DNA from: Candidatus Poribacteria bacterium
GTDB lineage: Bacteria > Poribacteria > WGA-4E > WGA-3G
Assembly (NCBI GenBank): GCA_965205015.1
Contig: OZ242029.1
Span: 839,937-903,936, forward strand
DNA: 64,000 nt
Direction: 5' to 3'
The notes under the pieces are model-generated. The model made no database searches. It was given only the letters and a program-made list of their open reading frames with translations, and was not told the origin of the DNA. A program made the translations under genes and the position numbers. Shown one piece after another: positions 58,469 through 64,000 of this stretch (position 1 is the first letter of the stretch; each line of letters begins with the position of its first letter).

Positions 58469-59077
58469 TTGATGAAAGCGACACGCTATTTTTTGGCACA
58501 ATTTACAAGCCAAAATGTGCTTTATAAAAGTCCGACGTTTTTTCTTTTACTACTGACCCTCATCGGTTGCGCGCTTCCCTTCAGCCAGAACCTAACGCTT
58601 GAAGAACAGGTCGCAGTCGTCACAACCGACAAAGGTCTATTCGTGCTTGAGTTCTACCCCGATGCTGCCCCCGTGGCAGTGGACAACTTCATTAAGTTGA
58701 TTAACCAGAAGTTTTACGACGGCTTAACATTTCATCGGAAAGTTGATACCCGCGGCTTGAATATTATTCAGGGCGGGTGTCCAAAAGGCGATGGAACAGG
58801 TGGTCCCGGTTGGACGATCACCGACGAGTACACACATCCGAACCAGCGTCCACACGTCAGAGGGACGTTGGCAATGGCTCGGACGTCCGAACCCAATTCA
58901 TCCGGGAGCCAATTCTATATCTGCTTGAAACCCCAACCCCATCTTGACGGAGACTACACTACCTTCGGGGGTGTAATTCAAGGGATGGATATCGTCGATC
59001 AACTATCAATGGGCGATGTCATGACAAAAATCCAATTGGAGGCGAAGTCAAAATATGTTAAGGCAACAGCAGAATAA
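58469..59077 (+). CDS. Peptidyl-prolyl cis-trans isomerase, cyclophilin type, secreted.
   Basis: 'FHRKVDTRGLNIIQGGCPKGDGTGGPGWTITDEY...GTLAMARTSEPNSSGSQFYICL'. Confidence 0.8.
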   Translation: MMKATRYFLAQFTSQNVLYKSPTFFLLLLTLIGCALPFSQNLTLEEQVAVVTTDKGLFVLEFYPDAAPVAVDNFIKLINQKFYDGLTFHRKVDTRGLNIIQGGCPKGDGTGGPGWTITDEYTHPNQRPHVRGTLAMARTSEPNSSGSQFYICLKPQPHLDGDYTTFGGVIQGMDIVDQLSMGDVMTKIQLEAKSKYVKATAE

Positions 59078-59657
59078 GCAACATCGGCAGCTCGCATCCG
59101 CAGCACTCTTTATCTTAGCGACTTTCTTCGCTACTTTTGTGCTGAGTTGCGCACAAGAAGATAAGCCAGCCCCCGTCCCACGTGCCCGCCGCGCTGGCAC
59201 AGGCACCGCAACAACCACTGCAAAACCGCAGATCGACCCTGCAACGGTCATCGCAGTCGTTGAAACGGCAAAGGGTACCATTGAATTTGAATTTCTCGCA
59301 GCCGAAGCACCCGAAACTTCTAAGAACTTCATCAAAAACGCCCGGGTGATGTATTATAAGGGTGAGAAGTTTAATCGCGCAGAAGAACTCCTCGTCCAAG
59401 CAGGCTCAAAACTTGCCGCTGGAGATACACTCCCGATTGAGAACGGTTCGCAAGAGATGTCGAGAGGCGTTGTCGCTATGGCAAAAGAGGAAGGGGCAAG
59501 CGTTTCCTACGCATCCGAATTCTTTATCTGCCGAGGGGACGCGATCCTCGACAGTGATTACACCATTTTCGGAAAAGTCATCAGTGGAATGGACGTGGTT
59601 GACAGCATCGTCGTCGATGACATCATTACGAACATCACCATCCGAGACAAAGAATAG
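59055..59657 (+). CDS. Cyclophilin-like PPIase, probable lipoprotein (divergent).
   Basis: Lipobox 'FVLSC'. 'GTIEFEFLAAEAPETSKNFIKNA...GVVAMAKEEGASVSYASEFFIC...YTIFGKVISGMDVVDSI'. Overlaps the previous gene by 23 nt. Confidence 0.65.
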   Translation: MLRQQQNKQHRQLASAALFILATFFATFVLSCAQEDKPAPVPRARRAGTGTATTTAKPQIDPATVIAVVETAKGTIEFEFLAAEAPETSKNFIKNARVMYYKGEKFNRAEELLVQAGSKLAAGDTLPIENGSQEMSRGVVAMAKEEGASVSYASEFFICRGDAILDSDYTIFGKVISGMDVVDSIVVDDIITNITIRDKE

Positions 59658-59704
59658 CAATCAGTAGTCGGCAATCGGCAGTCGGTTTCCGACTGCCGAC
59701 TGCC
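59651..59704. repeat. Heptamer repeat plus palindrome after the cyclophilin gene stop.
   Basis: 'agaatagcaatcagtagtcggcaatcggcagtcggtttccgactgccgactgcc'. Hairpin 'cggcagtcgg tttc cgactgccg' 59676-59698. Confidence 0.65.
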
Positions 59705-59707
59705 AAT

Positions 59708-60091
59708 ATGGAGGCATCTATGGCATTAACAGTTATCCGCACGGCTCGCCCAAGTCCCGTTTGGCAGGAAAGTTACGTGCGCGTTGAAAAAGGGCAACGA
59801 CTCATTATCGATGCGGAGGGCGCATGGTCTCCGGATTTGCAAAATCGGATCGGATGGTGCGGCGCTGACGGTGTTCCCAAGACACCGGGTTCCAGCGATT
59901 ACCTGCTTCCCGGTACGAATATTGGGGCACTCATCGCTCAGATCGGAGATGTTACCTTCGCTGTCGGTTCACGCTACGACAATCCCGCCCCCGCTGACGG
60001 TGTTATTTTCCTCGCAATGAACGAAAGTCCAAACAACAATAACCAGGCAGGGAGCTTACTCGCACAAATTATCATCTTTGATGACGAATAG
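59708..60091 (+). CDS. PA-IL (LecA)-like lectin-fold small protein. Hypothetical.
   Basis: 'AEGAWSP...IGWCGADG...GALIAQIGD...GVIFLAMNESPNNNNQAGSLLAQIIIFD' parallels LecA 'AAGWASYGP...GALVMKIGN...[23 protein letters not shown]'. Start may be ATG 59720. Confidence 0.45.
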   Translation: MEASMALTVIRTARPSPVWQESYVRVEKGQRLIIDAEGAWSPDLQNRIGWCGADGVPKTPGSSDYLLPGTNIGALIAQIGDVTFAVGSRYDNPAPADGVIFLAMNESPNNNNQAGSLLAQIIIFDDE

Positions 60092-60151
60092 GAAAATTTT
60101 CCTACAAATATTGACTGCCTCTACTGGGCGAATCGGAACCAGGAGCAATAT

Positions 60152-60517
60152 ATGGACAACACCACGGTTCAGGAGGAAGCGCAACAAATTCCCCCTGTCG
60201 ATTTTATCGGTTATCTTGCCAACCTTGTAGAAACAGGACGGCTCTACTTAGAGGGCATCCCGAATCCCGAAACGGACGAGGTTGTTACAAACCTTCCGCT
60301 CGTGAAACATATTATTGATACGATTGAGATGCTTGAGGAAAAAACGAAGGGAAACCTTACTGCCCCAGAAGCCAACTTCTTGGCAAATACCCTCTATGAA
60401 CTCAGAATGGGCTACGTCCGTGCCATCAATAGACAAGAAACCGCCACACAGGCAGAAACACCAACTGAGGAAACCGAAGAAGAGGTCTCCACTGAAAAAA
60501 CCGAGGATTCGTCTTAA
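60152..60517 (+). CDS. DUF1844-family protein.
   Basis: 'IPNPETDEVVTNLPLVKHIIDTIEMLEEKTKGNLTAPEANFLANTLYELRMGYV' matches my recollection of the DUF1844 consensus. Acidic C-terminal tail. Confidence 0.55.
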   Translation: MDNTTVQEEAQQIPPVDFIGYLANLVETGRLYLEGIPNPETDEVVTNLPLVKHIIDTIEMLEEKTKGNLTAPEANFLANTLYELRMGYVRAINRQETATQAETPTEETEEEVSTEKTEDSS

Positions 60518-60638
60518 CTGAAGACGCAACAATCACCGAGACAAACGATCCACCACATAAGTCCCAACACTGTTTATTTTCATGAATTGTCTGCCACAAA
60601 TCGGGTTAACTCTGTTAAACCTTCGAGGAGAATCAATT

Positions 60639-61688
60639 ATGGAATTTTACCACGGTACAACCTTAAACAGTGCGAGAGGGATCGTTGAAAACGGGTTCCG
60701 TCCACGTGGCGGAGCCGTCTGGTTCACAAACAGCCAGGATTATGCGAAAAACCGCGCCGAACAAAAGGCGCGACGGAAAAATCGGCGTCCAATTGTAATT
60801 AAAACCGAGTTGGATGTCGACAAACTTCGAACGCTTCTCGGTCCGGGCAAAATTCATGTACGGGGCGGCATCATAGCCGCTAACGAACACCTGCCCGTTC
60901 AACTTTTACACTCCAACCTCTTTGAGTGGCTCGCGTGTCCAGTCGCACTCTCACAATGGATTAACCGTCAATTGGGACTTTACGCCCACAACGGCGTGAG
61001 CCAAAACCACTGGGGGGTCGTGAGGTTGGCACACTGGATGAATAACCGAATGCAATCGGGAACCGGAAACCGTATTGACCGGAAAGAATTCTTTGCAAAA
61101 GGCGAACAATGGTTGCCCACGTTCTTTAGTAGAATTCCCTTTAGCCCAGAAGTTTTACCTATTCAGCACTTACAGAATGACACGATTGAAGTTAATGTGC
61201 TGTACCCAGACACACAGGAAAAACCAGACCAGCCAGTGAAAGTTGATGCACATTACACCAAAGCCATAGCCGACATTTCTGATCAGAATCCGAAACGACG
61301 GATACGTGGACTTCAATTCCTTGAAAAAATCGGAACTGAGGACCTATTCGATTGGTGTGTCCTGCATCTTGAAGACGAATCGGTGGACGTGGTATGCAAC
61401 GCGCTACGAACTATGCAACGGTGTGACGACGGATACACCGCCCCTATTCTGGGGTATGCTGCATCTAAGAACAAACGCATCCGGGCGAGCGCGCTCGCAG
61501 CACTCGCAAAGCACGATTCTCATGATGCTGAACGCTGGTTCGAGCGGGGCCTCAAAGACTCTGAGACGTGCGTCCGTATGGAAGTCGCAAGACTTTTACC
61601 AAGGCTCGATAGAATCGAATACCGCACGCTCTTCGACATCGCACGGCACGATCCGAATCCTGCCGTCAAACGTAGTGCGAAAAAATAG
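60639..61688 (+). CDS. Hypothetical protein: N-terminal domain with an H-G-T...GF...WF motif (possible ADP-ribosyltransferase-like fold, weak) plus C-terminal HEAT/PBS-lyase-like repeats.
   Basis: 'MEFYHGTTLNSARGIVENGFRPRGGAVWFTNSQDYA'. HEAT-like 'SKNKRIRASALAALAKH', 'DSETCVRMEVARLLPRL', 'DPNPAVKRSA'. The track ORF begins at 60582. Confidence 0.4.
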   Translation: MEFYHGTTLNSARGIVENGFRPRGGAVWFTNSQDYAKNRAEQKARRKNRRPIVIKTELDVDKLRTLLGPGKIHVRGGIIAANEHLPVQLLHSNLFEWLACPVALSQWINRQLGLYAHNGVSQNHWGVVRLAHWMNNRMQSGTGNRIDRKEFFAKGEQWLPTFFSRIPFSPEVLPIQHLQNDTIEVNVLYPDTQEKPDQPVKVDAHYTKAIADISDQNPKRRIRGLQFLEKIGTEDLFDWCVLHLEDESVDVVCNALRTMQRCDDGYTAPILGYAASKNKRIRASALAALAKHDSHDAERWFERGLKDSETCVRMEVARLLPRLDRIEYRTLFDIARHDPNPAVKRSAKK

Positions 61689-61714
61689 TATTAGCATTAA
61701 AACAAAAAGCGAGA

Positions 61715-62734
61715 ATGAATTATCAACGCAAGATTCTCTTTGCCATGGCACTGCTGATTGGCTTGCTCGGGACGGGGACGGTTGGCTATCTATTGCTCGA
61801 AGGGGATAATCCTCAAGGGGAGTGGCAACTTCTCGATGCAATTTACATGACCGTCATCACCCTAACAACCGTCGGTTATGAGAACATGGGGATGAGCGAT
61901 GCTGGACGAATTTTCACCCTATTTCTACTCATTGGCGGGTTCGGCGTGTTCACCTATAGTGTTACGATCGCCACCGCATTCCTCATTGAAGGACAACTCC
62001 AAAGTTTTTTCCGACAACAAAAAATGGTTCGAACTGTCGATAAATTAGAAAACCACTATATTGTCTGTGGACTCGGTGATACCGGGGTCCATGTGCTTGA
62101 CGAGATGCTGAAGTCAGAAGTAGATTTCGTCGGTATCGAATTCGAGGAAGAACGACTCCTCTACCTCTCTGACACACGAAACTTTCTATACCTCCACGGC
62201 GACGCAACCGATGACGAATTGCTCATACGGGCGGGAATCGAACGCGCCAAAGGGCTCGTCACATGCCTCAGCCGTGACCAAGATAATCTGTTCGTCGTGA
62301 TCTCCGCGAGAAAATTGAACCCACGGTTAAGGATCGCCTCTAAAGCCGTCGAAGACAATTCACCCGGAAAACTCATGACCGCAGGCGCAGATGAGGTCGT
62401 CCTACCGGATCACATCGGCGGACTCCGCCTCGCCTCCGGCATCCTCCAACCACAACTCGTAGGGTTCTTAGAAAATATCACCCAAAACCAAGACGGTGCC
62501 CAGTTCACTGAATCCATTATTCAAGAAGGCTCCGCTCTGGACGGGATCTTACTCAAAGCCGCCAGCATCCACGAACAAACCGGTTTAGTTGTTATCGCAA
62601 TCCATGATAACGACGGGACGTTCCTCTATAATCCTCCTGGAGATAAGAAAATTGCAGCCGGTGACGCCCTGTTAGTCATAGCCAACCAGAAGCAGCTACA
62701 AACATTGCACAAACTTACCGGAGATTTAAGTTAG
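61715..62734 (+). CDS. Two-TM potassium-channel-like protein with RCK (TrkA-N) and TrkA-C domains, carrying a non-canonical filter 'TVGYE'.
   Basis: Pore helix/filter 'VITLTTVGYENMG', 'HYIVCGLGDTGVHVL' GxGxxG Rossmann, C-terminal TrkA-C-like region. Confidence 0.75.
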   Translation: MNYQRKILFAMALLIGLLGTGTVGYLLLEGDNPQGEWQLLDAIYMTVITLTTVGYENMGMSDAGRIFTLFLLIGGFGVFTYSVTIATAFLIEGQLQSFFRQQKMVRTVDKLENHYIVCGLGDTGVHVLDEMLKSEVDFVGIEFEEERLLYLSDTRNFLYLHGDATDDELLIRAGIERAKGLVTCLSRDQDNLFVVISARKLNPRLRIASKAVEDNSPGKLMTAGADEVVLPDHIGGLRLASGILQPQLVGFLENITQNQDGAQFTESIIQEGSALDGILLKAASIHEQTGLVVIAIHDNDGTFLYNPPGDKKIAAGDALLVIANQKQLQTLHKLTGDLS

Positions 62735-62744
62735 ACGAAAAGCG

Positions 62745-62773
62745 TTGACCTGTTATCTTCCGCGTGATATAAT
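62745..62773 (+). promoter_or_regulatory. Sigma70-type promoter (TTGACC-17-TATAAT) upstream of the comM/yifB-like gene.
   Basis: TTGACC 62745-62750, 17-nt spacer, TATAAT 62768-62773. Confidence 0.55.
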
Positions 62774-62885
62774 AGAGTCAGACGTTACCGGACGAGATTG
62801 AATCTCACCGTTGTAAAATACACGCGCATAAAACACAATATTGCAATACATTCTTAAACTGTTGAAAATTGGAAGGAACACATAT

Positions 62886-64000
62886 ATGCTCGCAACCGTT
62901 CTAAGCAGTGCAATGCTCGGAATTGATGCTTACATCGTGAAAGTTGAGGTAGATGTTGCTGGTGGAATGCCGTCCTTCAGTACTGTCGGCTTACCCGACA
63001 ACGCCATCAAAGAGAGTCGGGATCGGGTTACCGCTGCCATTAAAAACTCCGGTTTTTACTTTCCACCCACCCGAATCACGGCGAACTTAGCACCTGCGGA
63101 TATCCGAAAAGCGGGATCGGCGTTTGACCTTCCTATTGCAATCGGGGTGATGGCAGCCACCAAGCAAGTAAACCTCACGAGACTCGAAAACGCAATAATT
63201 TTAGGTGAACTCGCACTTGATGGAAGCGTTCGCGGCATACAAGGTGGACTCCCTATCGCTATTTCCGCAAAAGAGAACGGCATTCGAGACCTCATCTTGC
63301 CAGCTGAAAATGCAAAAGAGGCAGCGATTGTCGAAGATGTGAACGTCTATCCGGTCACAAGCTTAGCAGAGGCGGCTGCATTCCTCAATTCCGAGAAAGA
63401 AATCGTAGCAGAACCACACGCGCTTAGCACGCATGTACACAAGGAGCATCCTGACACACATCTTGACCTGCTCGATGTGAAAGGGCAGGAACACGTTAAA
63501 CGCGCCATTGAAGTCGCCGCCGCAGGTGGGCATAATCTCATCATGATTGGACCGCCCGGCTCCGGAAAGACCATGATCGCGAAACGAATTCCGTCGATTC
63601 TGCCGAAACTGTCTATCAACGAATCGTTAGAAACGACGAAAATTCAAAGTGTCATCGGTATTTTGCCGAGCGATACACCTCTGGTCGTGACGCGCCCATA
63701 CCGTTCACCACACCATACGATTTCAGACGCAGGTTTAATCGGCGGTGGAAGAGTACCGCGTCCCGGTGAAGTGAGTCTCGCACATAACGGTGTACTCTTT
63801 TTAGATGAACTCCCCGAATTCCGACGAAACGTTCTTGAAGTCATGCGGCAACCGCTCGAAGATCGGCAAGTAACCATCTCCCGCGCATCTGCATCCCTCA
63901 CGTATCCCGCGAATTTCATGCTCGTCGCCGCCATGAACCCGTGTCCCTGCGGATTTTTTAGCGATCCGACCCGGGATTGCAAGTGTTCGTCCACTCAGAT
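62886..64000 (+). CDS. Mg-chelatase-like AAA+ ATPase YifB/ComM family. Partial: continues past the window end.
   Basis: Not in the ORF track because there is no stop in the window. '[48 protein letters not shown]', Walker A 'GPPGSGKT' about 63550. Confidence 0.85.
   Translation, partial: MLATVLSSAMLGIDAYIVKVEVDVAGGMPSFSTVGLPDNAIKESRDRVTAAIKNSGFYFPPTRITANLAPADIRKAGSAFDLPIAIGVMAATKQVNLTRLENAIILGELALDGSVRGIQGGLPIAISAKENGIRDLILPAENAKEAAIVEDVNVYPVTSLAEAAAFLNSEKEIVAEPHALSTHVHKEHPDTHLDLLDVKGQEHVKRAIEVAAAGGHNLIMIGPPGSGKTMIAKRIPSILPKLSINESLETTKIQSVIGILPSDTPLVVTRPYRSPHHTISDAGLIGGGRVPRPGEVSLAHNGVLFLDELPEFRRNVLEVMRQPLEDRQVTISRASASLTYPANFMLVAAMNPCPCGFFSDPTRDCKCSSTQ

Noticed and set aside
18421-59704. CRISPR array among the short repeats (heptamer, 50-nt, 27-nt families)
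   Set aside because: Copies are dispersed singly or in pairs tens of kb apart. They are not regularly spaced direct repeats with unique spacers, and no cas genes are present.

Overview
This 64-kb window is chromosomal bacterial DNA with about 50% GC. It contains a near-complete division/cell-wall (dcw) cluster: rsmH, ftsL, ftsI, murE, an inserted alpha/beta-hydrolase gene, an atypical membrane-fused murF, ddl, mraY, murD, ftsW, murG, murC, ftsQ, ftsA, ftsZ. No mraZ is present. Housekeeping genes include tyrS, a class II (B12-dependent) ribonucleotide reductase, RNase P RNA, hydantoinase B and a comM/yifB-like ATPase. There are many secreted 'eukaryote-like' repeat proteins: LRR plus lamin-tail domains, two LamG paralogs, TPR, FG-GAP/ASPIC and a discoidin-like protein. 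Two divergent tnpB-only IS200/IS605-family elements with conserved end hairpins flank about 3 kb of ordinary genes. The most unusual locus is a nine-gene minus-strand cluster at 1..9265. It runs ECF sigma factor, zf-HC2 anti-sigma, a secreted DUF4252-like protein, a DUF4252::TraB/GumN/Tiki-like fusion, three further tandem TraB/GumN/Tiki-like paralogs (two cytoplasmic, one secreted), and a heterodimeric ABC exporter. I propose it as an uncharacterised ECF-controlled protease-like/export module. Other observations: several families of short dispersed intergenic repeats and palindromes; a murE 3' end that reads through a heptamer repeat; a K+ channel with a GYE filter; a trio of hypothetical genes (PA-IL-lectin-like, DUF1844, ART-like::HEAT); and multiple perfect-consensus sigma70-type promoters. 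No CRISPR array and no tRNA were recognised. All calls come from reading the sequence and the supplied ORF translations. No database search was run.
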